Source: an uncultured bacterium
GTDB taxonomy: Bacteria; Zixibacteria; MSB-5A5; JAABVY01; JAHJOQ01
Direction: 5' to 3'
DNA: 64,000 nt
NCBI GenBank assembly: GCA_965369655.1
Contig: CBDUQR010000008.1
Location: 1-64,000, forward strand
Below are positions 39,005 to 50,261 of the stretch, piece by piece (position 1 is the stretch's first letter; each line of letters begins with the position of its first letter). Below the pieces are notes generated by a model that saw only the letters and a list, made by a program, of their open reading frames with translations, ran no database searches and had not been told where the DNA came from. Both the position numbers and the translations under genes were made by a program.

Positions 39005-42000
39005 TCATCTCACGACCGCGATCTTGTGTGATTTCACATCTTTCCGTCCGTTCGAATTCGCCTCAAGACGACAAATATATACGCCGGACGGATAGCCATC
39101 GAGCTTCCACTCATGGTCTTCCTGTATGTTCTCGCTTGTCTCGGTGGCTTCATATACGAGCCGACCGGACAGATCGAATATCTGAATGTTGATTGTCCCG
39201 GGACTCCGCAATTTGTACCTGATATTAGTCGCCTCGTCAGCAGGGTTGGGCCAGTTGTAGAGCGTGACGATAAGGTCGTCACCGGATGGCGACGTTGGTG
39301 CCAAATCGGATGATCCTCGGAAATTGTGATTCGTCGCTGACCTGCCTGATATTCGCCAGGACTGTTCGTCATCGAGTGGTCGGCTCTTCGTGCGAAGACC
39401 GTACAGCCTGTTGTCGGCGCAAATCGTCAGCAGCATTCCCTCAAAATTGTTAGATATGCTTCCCGGCATGACCGCCGACCCTGTATTGCGCCCGGAACCC
39501 GCAAATCGCGGGAAGCCGTTGACCATAACGCCGTTCGCTCCAAAGGCAAACAGTTCGCCATAAGGAGTGCCGATGAGAATATCGGGCACATCGTCGCCAT
39601 CGAGATCAGCAACGATAGGTGCAGCATCGAGCAACCCTGTTGAGACATGAATATCGATATCAACCGGGAAATTCTCGAACGGCGATCCGTTGTGATTGTA
39701 AACATAAAGCTTGTTGTCACCCGCGAATATGATCTGATACACCGCTGCCGTCGGATCGAGCGCCGCAGTCACGACATTACCGATCAGGCTGTCGCAGACT
39801 TTGATCTCGTTGACCGAGTAATCGTCTGAATCTGAAGACTGGCTCAGCAGGATGACAAGATATCCGTCGGACGTGAGAACAGCGAAGTCCGTCCCGTTCA
39901 TACCGTCGAGATCGGCGGCGGTGAAGCTGATTAGGTCCGCAGAACCGAAATCATGAATTGCCGAATCGGGATAGAGAACGAGAGCCGAACCGCCGTCCGG
40001 TCCAACGCCGATATAGTAAGACCGCTGTGATGCGCTATCGATGGCGAACTGCAAGGCATAAGCTTCTGTCACAACCGGCGGCATACCATACGAGAAATCG
40101 ACGAGGTGTATGGTACTGTCGGCGAATCCTGCAAGCACCCCGTACGATCCGAGCGGCGCCTGACTGACATCCACAGGACCAGACACGACCGCAGCAGTAC
40201 CTTCGTACTTCTCCACCAGATCCGCTCGACCGTCTTTGTCGTCATCAGTCAACTGCCAGACATAGATATTTCCTGAACTGGTCCCAACAGCTATTTCAGA
40301 GATTTCATCGCCATTGTAGTCGAACACCAACGGTGGTGTTGTAATTACCTCATTGTCGCCGACCGAAGCAATCGATCTGAGTGTATCGATGATAAAACCG
40401 CCGCCCTGAAGCGTGTCGCCGTAGAATACGAATATCGTATCAAGTATTTCTTCACCTGGTAATGGCTCGATAATTGGTGATCCATCTGGTTCCATCGCAA
40501 TCAGATGTTTCCTCCCTGACACAAAGATTTCCTCCACCCCATCGAAATCATAATCAACGAGAACCGGCGCAAAGCGAGAGCCATCGACGAACTTCGGGAA
40601 ACCATCCAGTTTGGATCGAAGTCTGACATCGAACGTCATGATGATGTCGTTCCTCGATACATTGTATATCTCTATTCCGGTATGAGCGCCGGTATTTGAC
40701 CGGGTCGATGGATTCGTAGTCGGTCCGAAAGTCGTATTGTTTCCCTCTACGAAAAATTCATCCGGACTGCCGAAACCGGTTCGGTAGTTCCCACCAAAAT
40801 CGACAATGCCGTCGGCTTCGACAAGCGAAACGAATCTCGTATTCTCCCACCAGACAGAATCAATGCAAAGCCCCAGATCATTCGGCACCTTGCATGGATA
40901 GAAATTGTACCATTGCAATTTATTGTCGGAAAAGTTATTAAAACCGTTCAGATCGTAATCGAGGTACGCCCTTGTTTCGTCAATGTGATAGATCAGTATG
41001 CCTGCACCGGGCACGAAGTAATCATAGTCGCGGGTCAGACGTATCTCATAATCATTGTTAGGTCTGGGTCCCAAAATCACGCCGGTCAGGCTGTCGACTC
41101 GCAATCCTGAGCCGCCATCCCGATCCGAGTCAGGCTGCCGATTCTCGATCAGATAATACTCCATGTCGCTTATCGGGACCTTGATGACCTGAGGCTCATC
41201 GGTCAGGAGTTCAGCCGCCGCGACCGACTGATTATTGACGTCGGAAACCTCCACAACCTCGACGAAACCGAGATATGCCCTCGACCATGCGTCAGGATAC
41301 ACAGGCAGCGGGTCGAGCACGAAACGGGTTCTGTCGGCCTCCGGGAAATAAATCTCCGCCGTTGTGCCGCGCCCCTGATTGTCCATCAGCGAAAAGTCTC
41401 CGATCTGAGTCATGAACGTCCGTGTGTCGTATAAATCGACAAGTCCGAGTTGATGGCCGAATTCATGTGCCAACACGCCGTTCAGAGCTATGACGCGATT
41501 GTCCTGAGATACGGCTTCAGGCGTCAGGACAGCTTCCCATATCGTGTCAGCGCCGCCATCGACAATAGCCCGGTGCTCGGAATCGACACGGATGAATCCG
41601 GTGTAAAAATCGTGCGGCGTGTTAGTCGCCGAAAACGTCAGATTCATCTGCTGATCGGCTCCGGCATGGAATAACACGAAAGCATCGAATTCGCTGAAAT
41701 CAATATCATCATCCAGATCAGCCTTCAGCAGGGCGTCCTGGAAAAAATCTGCAAGCCCGTCAAATGGGCTCTGCGAACCATAGTAAGACATCGGCTTTTC
41801 GAGCGTATATACAGAATCATCTCCCAATGGAAAGACGGTGCTGACGAGTTCGACGCGGCCCTTCGACACGACATGCCAGTACTGGTTCAACGCTCTCAGG
41901 TGCGTTTCGAAGTACCGCTTATTGTGCGGAGCCATGTCGATTTCATGTTCCTCATCGGCGATAAACTGCGACTGGCTTCGCATGTCAAAATGCCCATCAC

Positions 42001-42310
42001 CGGTGGTGTTGGCGTCATCAGGATCCTCGCGCTCGAATTGCACTCGAATCGCGCAGACGTTGATCGTAATCGTCTCATCCAATGCGAGAGCTGCGTCAGG
42101 CATGGAAAACGGAGCCTTGCGATTCAGACCGATGAGGTTTTTCTGTGAGATCGAACTCTGGAAGTTCTGTCGCGCTTCACTCTGAATGCGTTCATCAGCA
42201 TCGACCCGCTGCTTGCTTATGATGGTGAGAACATCTGACCCGGCAAGAGTCACGGCCTGCAACAGCGCGATCAGAAACAGCAGAGAAGCTGCGCCGAAAA
42301 TCCTTTTCAT
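39005..42310 (-). CDS. M6-like metalloprotease with FG-GAP repeats and T9SS C-terminal domain
   Basis: HEFGHQLGLVDLYD; FSLMD; EYYLIENR; ADLDGD repeats; YNWPNP...SGVYICR...KIAVVR. Confidence 0.85.
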   Translation of the reverse strand: MKRIFGAASLLFLIALLQAVTLAGSDVLTIISKQRVDADERIQSEARQNFQSSISQKNLIGLNRKAPFSMPDAALALDETITINVCAIRVQFEREDPDDANTTGDGHFDMRSQSQFIADEEHEIDMAPHNKRYFETHLRALNQYWHVVSKGRVELVSTVFPLGDDSVYTLEKPMSYYGSQSPFDGLADFFQDALLKADLDDDIDFSEFDAFVLFHAGADQQMNLTFSATNTPHDFYTGFIRVDSEHRAIVDGGADTIWEAVLTPEAVSQDNRVIALNGVLAHEFGHQLGLVDLYDTRTFMTQIGDFSLMDNQGRGTTAEIYFPEADRTRFVLDPLPVYPDAWSRAYLGFVEVVEVSDVNNQSVAAAELLTDEPQVIKVPISDMEYYLIENRQPDSDRDGGSGLRVDSLTGVILGPRPNNDYEIRLTRDYDYFVPGAGILIYHIDETRAYLDYDLNGFNNFSDNKLQWYNFYPCKVPNDLGLCIDSVWWENTRFVSLVEADGIVDFGGNYRTGFGSPDEFFVEGNNTTFGPTTNPSTRSNTGAHTGIEIYNVSRNDIIMTFDVRLRSKLDGFPKFVDGSRFAPVLVDYDFDGVEEIFVSGRKHLIAMEPDGSPIIEPLPGEEILDTIFVFYGDTLQGGGFIIDTLRSIASVGDNEVITTPPLVFDYNGDEISEIAVGTSSGNIYVWQLTDDDKDGRADLVEKYEGTAAVVSGPVDVSQAPLGSYGVLAGFADSTIHLVDFSYGMPPVVTEAYALQFAIDSASQRSYYIGVGPDGGSALVLYPDSAIHDFGSADLISFTAADLDGMNGTDFAVLTSDGYLVILLSQSSDSDDYSVNEIKVCDSLIGNVVTAALDPTAAVYQIIFAGDNKLYVYNHNGSPFENFPVDIDIHVSTGLLDAAPIVADLDGDDVPDILIGTPYGELFAFGANGVMVNGFPRFAGSGRNTGSAVMPGSISNNFEGMLLTICADNRLYGLRTKSRPLDDEQSWRISGRSATNHNFRGSSDLAPTSPSGDDLIVTLYNWPNPADEATNIRYKLRSPGTINIQIFDLSGRLVYEATETSENIQEDHEWKLDGYPSGVYICRLEANSNGRKDVKSHKIAVVR

Positions 42311-42336
42311 CGTTGATCCCTTTGTCTCATCCGCCA

Positions 42337-45300
42337 CTACAGCCTGCCTGTCAGTGAAATCCTGAGTGTATTCGCCAGCGCAACATTTTTGGATGTCGGA
42401 ATGTATGCGAAGTCAAATCTGATCCTGTTATACTGCAATCCGGCGCCAACCGTGAAATAGTTAATCGAACCGGCGTCATCGTTCCTGTAGCCTGCCCTGA
42501 GCGCTATGAACGATCCATACCAGTACTCGAAGCCAGCACTCCAGATTGCTTCCCTGAGCTCTTCGGAGAAGCCATCGTCGAGGTCCGTGATCCTCTTGTT
42601 GATCTCGCCAACGAGAGTGAACTTGTTGTACGGATTCCGCAGCAGGTCGTAAGCAAGTCCAACGGCTACATTTCTGGGCAACGGATCGGACTGCGCGGCA
42701 TCGATGTAGGCGATGTTCGGACCTAAATTGGTAATCGCCGCTCCGAATGTCAGCTTGTCAATGGGCGTATCATAAAGAATGCCCGCATCGACGGCGAATG
42801 CCGTCGCGGTACCCGACCCAACCTCTGCACCCGACCCTTGTGGGGAGAGTCGCGAATAGATGATCTTCGCAGTGAGTCCGAACGACAGACCGGGAGAAAC
42901 CCGAGTTCCATATGTCATACTCATCGCACCATCAAAGGCATGAAAAGTATCAACTACAGTCGAGCTGCCCTCGAGAGTCCGGGGGATCGAACCGTACGAC
43001 ATGAATGTCACGTTGAATCCGAGCGTTCCCCACTCATCTCCGAGGTGATGAGCGTATGATATATTTTCATAGTAGAGGTCGTCGGCAAGTTCCGGTGCGT
43101 ACTTGGCGTGCATCAAAGATAATTCGCTTTTTGCATGCGCGTACACAACCACCTTTCGCGGAGTGGCGAACCATCTCTCGCCGTCCTGGAGAATGATCCT
43201 GACAGTCCTCTCGGTCTGGAGATTACTGTGAAAATAGCTGCCGAATCGCTCTCCGTCATACGCTATCGTTCCGAATACTGTCCCAACAAAGACTCGTCCG
43301 TCTGAGGCCGCCAGACTGTAAATATGGCTTCCAAGATGATTCGCATAAATGTGAAACGTCTGGCCCTGTTTGACAGCATCTCCATCGATATGATTGTAGG
43401 TTTTGATCAGATGCGCCACACGCTCGGCATTTGCAGGTGACAGAGTCGGCTCGTGATCGAGCGCCGCCTCAGTTAAGCTCATATCTCTCGGCGCAGAATA
43501 CGGCCTCCATCCAAACACTCTGAACTCCCCGTTCGCGAGTATCTTCAGGCCATGCGTGGTTCCGACCCACAACTTATTGTCGGGACTATTGTACGCCATC
43601 GTCGTAATAGGATGTCTGAAGGCCACCGAGAATGGAATCATGATCTCCGTACCGGCATCAGGGAAATCCGTCTGCAGGTCGTTCTTCGATTTCAGTTGCT
43701 CTGCAATGTCTCTGATATAGCTCTCGTCCACGACACCAGAGAACTGTCTCACGATTCGCGTCAGCGTGTCGTTGACAACCGCAGTATATCGATAGTCGCT
43801 GCGCCATGTATCGCCGTTGAAAAACCATAGCTCGCTCCCTGCGGCCGCCCATGCCTTGTCTCGCGAATATCCATAGACTGTTGTGAATTCTTTGTCTACG
43901 AGTCCTGTCTCGGCAGCATAGAATGACCAACCGCCTTTGTAGTAGTGAGCGACGCCTCTGCCTGTAGCAACCCACATTCTATTCCCGTCATAGACGGAAA
44001 GATTGTTGATCTTATTTGATGGAAGCCCGTCCTCGACAGTGTACTTCTGCCATGCTCTGCCGTTGAACAAAAAGAGGCCGTCCTCAGTGCCGACCCAGAG
44101 AAGCTTCTCTGTCGCAGCGATACATGTAGGATCTTTGTCGAACGGAAGAGAATACGGCACGTACAGAGCTTCGGGCAAATGGCCTGCGTTCACCGAGTGA
44201 ATCGAAAACTCAAGTCGGGTTAACTCTTCCCCGGTCAGGCTGTCATCCGCAGTTGCCGTCTCGTATGCCGACATGAATGCAGAAAACCTCTCCGGAGAAA
44301 GCGTCATGTTGTCATACCACTCCGAAAGATTGTTCAAGTCAAAACTGAACATCGCTGTCGGCTCTTCGCCGTCATTGAAGCCGGCTTTCAGGTTGGCGAC
44401 TACATCATCAATATCATTGCCGGTGACGCCGTAATTGACGAACGACACCTTCTGCTTGAGCAGACTGAGTCTCTCCTCATCCGTCTCTGAAGTAAACGAG
44501 GAAATCAGATCGTCAAAAAGCTCTCCCCTTCTGGGAATCAGTCGCAAACTGGACTCCCATGATTGTGATTCACCGTCCCATCTGGCCAGCCCGGTTGAAG
44601 TAATCGCCCAGACGTCATACTTCGTGTAGTTCTCCTGAGGAATATCATTCTGAAAGATCGCGATATCCACGATCCTGGTCTCCCAGGGAAGCGAGTAGTC
44701 TTTCCAGATCGCCACAAGCACGACATACGGTACCCTGACCATCCGAGGCCTGCTCTTCTTCGAGGCACTCTTAAGTGTCTCCAGGACATCCGCATATTCC
44801 CGGTCTGTCAGCGACTCATCCTGCAAGACATGGTTGAGTCGTTCTTCGAGAAATGTAATAGATTCTGAGACGATCTTCAGGTTGTGCCAGTCGATCAAGA
44901 TTTTCTCGAAAAGCCTGTTGACCTCAGGTCCCTGGGAATCGTTCAGATATACCAGCAGATGTTGCCGCTCGGCTTCGATCTGATCGTACGACACTCCTGT
45001 ATTTTCCCGGGCGATCGATCTCACCGAGACCTTGAGCAGTTCGCGGTCATCCATCCTTGCGTTGGATGCGATATACTGCACGACAGGCATACTCGGGTCG
45101 ACTTCATACTCGATATAACGCTCTTCGCCCGACTCAGTAACTCGAGTCATGCCATCCGTGTCCAGCTTAAACTCACCTATCGTCTCAGCGTAAGCATCAG
45201 GTACTCGTCCCAGGAGTATGTCGATAGCCTTGGACCGCATCCCTTCATCTTTTCTCATGCTGAATTCGTGGTACTGGCTGGTGAGCGGGTATCTGCCGAG

Positions 45301-45495
45301 ACCGGCCGGATTCCAGTGCGTAGCCGTGGCATCATCCGCAACCGCAACGAAAGCCTCCCCCATGCCGGCGGCCCTGGCGCCCGGGGCGATCCTCAGAAAA
45401 AGAACGCCTGCATCCGACACGCCTGCGTGAGATTCGCCACAGAGCGCCATGACGCCAATTATTGCAGTCAGAATGACCAGAGTTCTGCTTCGCAT
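42337..45495 (-). CDS. porV: PorV-family T9SS barrel with ~720-aa internal insertion
   Basis: FLRIAPGARAAGMGEA...WNPAGL N-terminus; PorV-like barrel with LANTLRISL C-terminus; adjacent to porU. Confidence 0.8.
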   Translation of the reverse strand: MRSRTLVILTAIIGVMALCGESHAGVSDAGVLFLRIAPGARAAGMGEAFVAVADDATATHWNPAGLGRYPLTSQYHEFSMRKDEGMRSKAIDILLGRVPDAYAETIGEFKLDTDGMTRVTESGEERYIEYEVDPSMPVVQYIASNARMDDRELLKVSVRSIARENTGVSYDQIEAERQHLLVYLNDSQGPEVNRLFEKILIDWHNLKIVSESITFLEERLNHVLQDESLTDREYADVLETLKSASKKSRPRMVRVPYVVLVAIWKDYSLPWETRIVDIAIFQNDIPQENYTKYDVWAITSTGLARWDGESQSWESSLRLIPRRGELFDDLISSFTSETDEERLSLLKQKVSFVNYGVTGNDIDDVVANLKAGFNDGEEPTAMFSFDLNNLSEWYDNMTLSPERFSAFMSAYETATADDSLTGEELTRLEFSIHSVNAGHLPEALYVPYSLPFDKDPTCIAATEKLLWVGTEDGLFLFNGRAWQKYTVEDGLPSNKINNLSVYDGNRMWVATGRGVAHYYKGGWSFYAAETGLVDKEFTTVYGYSRDKAWAAAGSELWFFNGDTWRSDYRYTAVVNDTLTRIVRQFSGVVDESYIRDIAEQLKSKNDLQTDFPDAGTEIMIPFSVAFRHPITTMAYNSPDNKLWVGTTHGLKILANGEFRVFGWRPYSAPRDMSLTEAALDHEPTLSPANAERVAHLIKTYNHIDGDAVKQGQTFHIYANHLGSHIYSLAASDGRVFVGTVFGTIAYDGERFGSYFHSNLQTERTVRIILQDGERWFATPRKVVVYAHAKSELSLMHAKYAPELADDLYYENISYAHHLGDEWGTLGFNVTFMSYGSIPRTLEGSSTVVDTFHAFDGAMSMTYGTRVSPGLSFGLTAKIIYSRLSPQGSGAEVGSGTATAFAVDAGILYDTPIDKLTFGAAITNLGPNIAYIDAAQSDPLPRNVAVGLAYDLLRNPYNKFTLVGEINKRITDLDDGFSEELREAIWSAGFEYWYGSFIALRAGYRNDDAGSINYFTVGAGLQYNRIRFDFAYIPTSKNVALANTLRISLTGRL

Positions 45496-45510
45496 ATATC
45501 CTCCTGATTT

Positions 45511-48500
45511 CTACTTGAGAACGACGAGTTTTCCAAATCCTTCTATCAAATCATTGTCACCTTCCGACGGGAAGATCAGCCTTCCCGAAGCGGTGATTCT
45601 GTATATATAGACTCCGTTAGCCAGCTTGTCCCCCCGGTTATCGAAAAGGCTCCACACCGAGGAAAGATTGTGACCTGCATCTGATGGTTGACTGCGCAAT
45701 GTTTCAATCAATCTACCACGCAACGTATATACTTCTATCGAGACGTCCCGAACCGGTTCGGACAGGAAGTACGAAAACCTCGTGTCGCTCGAAGCCGGAT
45801 TCGGGTAGTTGGCAATCCCTGTTATCCTGAGGTCCTCGGTTTCACCGACCGCCACATTGAGAACCAGCATGCTCGAGTTGTTGGCCGAATCCCACGACTT
45901 GACCCTCAGAGTATGAGAACCATGTTCGAGGGACGGTACTATAAACTCGACCTCACCCGACCGAAAACTTCCGGGATAATAAGCAAAATCATCCGTCAAG
46001 TCCATATCATACAGAAGCTCATCATCGAATCCGACCTCGATCCCATGTCCCACCTCTCCGGAGAGATTGATCCCCGAGCTGTCCGACAGCGTTATCGTAA
46101 GGCGTTCACCTGCTTCGAGAAGCCCGCCGTTGAACTTGCCGCCCGCAGCCAGCCTCAGTTCGATCACGGGGCCTGCCGTGTCGGTTATGGTCGGATTGGA
46201 CCCCGACACCTCAATCGAATCGACTGCGCCTGACGCCTGAGCAAATTCGTTCACAGCGTACGCGAGAATCTTAGCTGAGTTCTCGCCATAAGAAATATCT
46301 TTGGGCACTATAAAACTAAGCTCGAATCGTCCATCCGTAACTGGCCCCCTGCCTCGGAATATCCTCGGTCCCGGCAACTTGTAATGGAGAGAGTCGTGAT
46401 GAAGGGTGTCATTTGGGACAAGTTTCTTAGCTTTATTCCTGATCGCATCGTAGACCGTCACATAGACATCGCCGTCGAAGCTTTCGTCAATAGAACCATC
46501 GGTGTCCACCACATATCCTTCGACCGTTGTAAGAGCGAGAGCAGTAAGCGAATCCGGACTGACCGATGTGAAAGTGATACCTCTGTCCGGAATACCAAAC
46601 TTCATGAGCGGATCACCGAATACTATATATAGTCGGTCGTTTTCGTTTGTCGGTATCTGGCGAAGCAGCTTAGCGACATAGACAACCTCACACAGAGAAT
46701 ACCCGCCCTCACCGAACAGGAGATCAAACGTCTTGTAGTTAAAACCCGCGTTGTCGCCTGAGAAGACAAACCGGGTAGCCGCCAGTGATCCGATCGCCCC
46801 ACCCCCGCTGTATCTGAAAAGCTCCTCCGCCATAGCTTCTCTCAGAGGTGAATCGAACTTCCCGATAGAGCAGGAGGCATTGAAAAACACCGAGAGCTTA
46901 TCGCTGTTGGCCAGCTTGAACATATCTTCCTTCCAGTAGAAAACCCTCTCGTCGGCCCACAGATCGGGATTGCCATGACCGATGTAGTTTATCAATACTG
47001 TGCCGTCATTGACAGCCTGGATTATCCTGTCCCGGGCTTTCGGTTTGTGATTGAATGAATCGAATGGGTAATCGGTCAGATATATCTTCTGAACATCCAC
47101 AGTGGATGGCGTATGCTCATTAGCGAGAATCTCCGTCTGATTTGTATGAGCGGCCTCGCTCACCTTGCTGCGGTTTTTCTTGAACTCATCGTCCGCGACA
47201 AGTGTAATCAGATTGCGCCATGGCCCGTAGTTCGACCTGTTTTCATACGAGATTAGTTTCTGGACATACGATCCGATCTCGCCGAGCGACCTGACCGGCC
47301 ATCGGGCTATGACCATATCGACCCCGCGGTCGACGCCGTACGACGTGTCGGAATCGAGAACCCCTCTTCCCGCGAAATTTACGAAATTCTCGTCGGTCAC
47401 CGCCCTGTCCTCAGCGGCGACATACGGCGGAATGTATATGGTCTGGTTCCTGCCTAAGTAGTTCCTATAATCGTAGTGGCCGTCCCCTACAATCAGCGCA
47501 GCACCGGGCGCAGAGACGGAATTCTCGAAACTGTACTTCAGGAAATCCCGTATCGCAACCGGATCGAACATACCGGCGGAATACTGCCTGAAAATATCAT
47601 CGAGATCGACAAGCGCGACCGAGTAGCCCTGCGCCTCCCGATACAATACATATTCTTCGATGGCGTTGTGGAATTCCATGGGAGGTATATTTGGAGCAAT
47701 GATTATCAGATCATCGTCGTAAGCGACCCGTGGCTCAGCCTGTGGAGTTACCTGCAGAACCGAAGGCGTTAGCATCTGTGACTTCGAGACAAGAGCGAAA
47801 CGCTCGAATCGTGAACCGGCAGTGGACCAGTCAAAACTGAGAGAGCCGCCGTCGATCACAAAATCTGTCAGGAATGCCTGATTGTCGACATCCGCGATGC
47901 TCAGGAGAATCATATCCGATCCAGAATTGCCAACAGTATATCTGTGCACGCCGGGTCCATTCCAGGTGTAGAAATCGAGCGAACCTGATGTGTACGCCAG
48001 GTCTGTCGGATAAATAATCTCGAAATAGTCGAGTAGTGGGATCAGGTAGTACCTCTCCTGACGGAATTCAATTTTGTTCAAGCCGCTGAAGTGCTCCACC
48101 GTAATCACTTTCGGATTCTCAGTTGGATTTGTTCCGTAATGTGCCCCGTTGACAACGACCGTAAGTGAATCATCAACCGATGTCACGAGAAGAGTACAGG
48201 TTGGGAATGGTTGAATATCATCAAGCTGAAAATCTATTTCAAAGTCGCCATCATCACGCCAGAACCACCTGTAGTAGTCTCTGATATATCCACCCGACCC
48301 AATTTCGAGGAACCGGTTCTCTTCGTATCTCCGGAACTTGTGAAACTCGGTGTGAAGGGTTGGACTGTCCGAATCAGGCGCAACCTGTACTGTCTCCATT
48401 CGTTTCGGTAGTTCCGGGAAACTGCCGCCGTGTGTCAGCCACAGATAGGCTGTCGATGTATAGCCATTCCTGACAAGCTCGGGTCTTTTCCTAGATGGAT

Positions 48501-49575
48501 CGACATTCAGGAAATCCGCTCCGTGCGCATAGAAGATGATCTCATCGCCAACGTCGAGTATCCCATCGGATTCACCCTCGACTCGTATCGCTATTTCACG
48601 GAATTCAGGTCTCGCTACACTGTTATCATTCGGCAACTCTCGGCCACCCATCCAGAAAACCCGAAGCGTCTTCGGATCAATGGACGCTGTATCCATACCT
48701 GCATTGCTGAGCGCGGTTCCGCTAATACTGTAGACGCCTGCATCTTCAATCCCGATCTTGACCCATGACGCAGAGTGCGCAAACGGATCAAACGTCTCTG
48801 CTCTCTTCAGTGCGATAAGAGACGGCTGACGTGGCACGCGCCAGTTTTTCGCCTGCTCGTAGTTGAGAAGAGTCGCTCTGAAGATTCTCTCGAATGCATC
48901 ATCCCTGAGCGAAAGAACGCCTGTCTCTGGTGCGGGATCGAATTCGACAAGGACTTCTATCTCACCCGCTACAGCCGAGGCTATCCCGCCAGATGAAATC
49001 CTGACCGGACTGATCAGCAGTTCGAGAATCCTCTGGTCCCGGATGAAATACGGCCCACGTGTTGATAATACCGGATAGCTCGCCGTCGCCTTAGCCTGCT
49101 GAAACCGGGCGTTGTCGAACAGGGTCTCCTCACGGGGACGGTTCAAAGGTTGTGTGATTGGATCTATTCCCTTGTAACTCGATGAAACTACCGACACTCT
49201 CGGCTCCGATCCGACCGGAATACCCATTATCACTTTGCGGATCGGAATCCTCGCGAATCCCGTCTCTTCGTTCAGAGCGCACCTCGAGATATCAACCATG
49301 CGCTCGCCTGACACCTCATCGACTCGTATCTCATACGGCTCGGGTATATATATGAAGCGAATATGCGAATCGCTCGATTCGAGAATTCGAACATCTCTGT
49401 ATTCCGGGAGGGAGTCCGCTCTAACCGAGAGGACAGAAATGAGGACAGCAACAGTCGCGAGAACGACTGGCCGTATCGACCGACTAAATCTTTTGATCAC
49501 TAAAGCTATCATAACGAAAACCGACAGCAAAAAAGCCGGAGTGTCAGACTTCCGGCCGCAAAGCCGCCCGAACAT
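45511..49575 (-). CDS. porU: T9SS sortase PorU (peptidase C25); start uncertain
   Basis: WVKIGIEDAGVY; NYIGHG and ASCSIG catalytic His/Cys; FGDP; NYPNP...LANGVYIY...GKLVVLK CTD. Confidence 0.9.
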   Translation of the reverse strand: MFGRLCGRKSDTPAFLLSVFVMIALVIKRFSRSIRPVVLATVAVLISVLSVRADSLPEYRDVRILESSDSHIRFIYIPEPYEIRVDEVSGERMVDISRCALNEETGFARIPIRKVIMGIPVGSEPRVSVVSSSYKGIDPITQPLNRPREETLFDNARFQQAKATASYPVLSTRGPYFIRDQRILELLISPVRISSGGIASAVAGEIEVLVEFDPAPETGVLSLRDDAFERIFRATLLNYEQAKNWRVPRQPSLIALKRAETFDPFAHSASWVKIGIEDAGVYSISGTALSNAGMDTASIDPKTLRVFWMGGRELPNDNSVARPEFREIAIRVEGESDGILDVGDEIIFYAHGADFLNVDPSRKRPELVRNGYTSTAYLWLTHGGSFPELPKRMETVQVAPDSDSPTLHTEFHKFRRYEENRFLEIGSGGYIRDYYRWFWRDDGDFEIDFQLDDIQPFPTCTLLVTSVDDSLTVVVNGAHYGTNPTENPKVITVEHFSGLNKIEFRQERYYLIPLLDYFEIIYPTDLAYTSGSLDFYTWNGPGVHRYTVGNSGSDMILLSIADVDNQAFLTDFVIDGGSLSFDWSTAGSRFERFALVSKSQMLTPSVLQVTPQAEPRVAYDDDLIIIAPNIPPMEFHNAIEEYVLYREAQGYSVALVDLDDIFRQYSAGMFDPVAIRDFLKYSFENSVSAPGAALIVGDGHYDYRNYLGRNQTIYIPPYVAAEDRAVTDENFVNFAGRGVLDSDTSYGVDRGVDMVIARWPVRSLGEIGSYVQKLISYENRSNYGPWRNLITLVADDEFKKNRSKVSEAAHTNQTEILANEHTPSTVDVQKIYLTDYPFDSFNHKPKARDRIIQAVNDGTVLINYIGHGNPDLWADERVFYWKEDMFKLANSDKLSVFFNASCSIGKFDSPLREAMAEELFRYSGGGAIGSLAATRFVFSGDNAGFNYKTFDLLFGEGGYSLCEVVYVAKLLRQIPTNENDRLYIVFGDPLMKFGIPDRGITFTSVSPDSLTALALTTVEGYVVDTDGSIDESFDGDVYVTVYDAIRNKAKKLVPNDTLHHDSLHYKLPGPRIFRGRGPVTDGRFELSFIVPKDISYGENSAKILAYAVNEFAQASGAVDSIEVSGSNPTITDTAGPVIELRLAAGGKFNGGLLEAGERLTITLSDSSGINLSGEVGHGIEVGFDDELLYDMDLTDDFAYYPGSFRSGEVEFIVPSLEHGSHTLRVKSWDSANNSSMLVLNVAVGETEDLRITGIANYPNPASSDTRFSYFLSEPVRDVSIEVYTLRGRLIETLRSQPSDAGHNLSSVWSLFDNRGDKLANGVYIYRITASGRLIFPSEGDNDLIEGFGKLVVLK

Positions 49576-50000
49576 CTAAAGGGTTGTACCGCACACAATT
49601 CAAACAAAAAAACCTCAATCAGCGTTACAAGTCGTACCCTTTAGCTGTGTTCGATGGCAACTCCTCTGTCTACGTTTTCGTCGCTAAATTAGATTAAATT
49701 AGCCTTAGTGTCAAGGTTTTTCCATGCGTTATAACACCTTAAGGGCTGTCAGGTTTCATCTGAATGTGTCAGCCCCGATCCGGTGTCGGCAATCAACTCT
49801 ACAACGCTTGCAATAAAGCTGCCAGGACTGCTGCATTATTTCGCATATATGCCCCAAACTCAATTGACAACAGCGAATTACATAACCGTTATCATGTAGC
49901 AAATCAGCACGGGTGTTCGATGCTTAGCGAAGAAGCATCGCAAATCCGGCAGGAGATTGCCAGCGATCTGCAATCTGATTCAGCCTCGATGAGATTTCTT

Positions 50001-50108
50001 GTAGGGCAGCGACCCGTCCCTCAAGGATCGGGATCAGCGACCGATAGCGAAGCGAAGTGATCCTGCCATTCATACAGAGTGGCAGAGCCGCTTCGGGTTT
50101 TGTCCTAC
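50001..50108. repeat. GTAG-bounded REP-like element
   Basis: GTAGGGCA...TGTCCTAC ends; CGAAGTGATCCTGCCATTCATA is nearly identical to part of the 1071-1116 copy. Confidence 0.6.
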
Positions 50109-50261
50109 GGCTGACTACCTTTGTTCAAAAATGTGATTGACCTCCGCGCTCTGCATACTATATGTTGTCTGCGATCAGGAGTAAACAATCGACGATTGAC
50201 AGCGTCATTAGATCAAGGCCGGTGACTTTGTCGAAATCGCAATCCCTGCGAAGGAGGAAAC

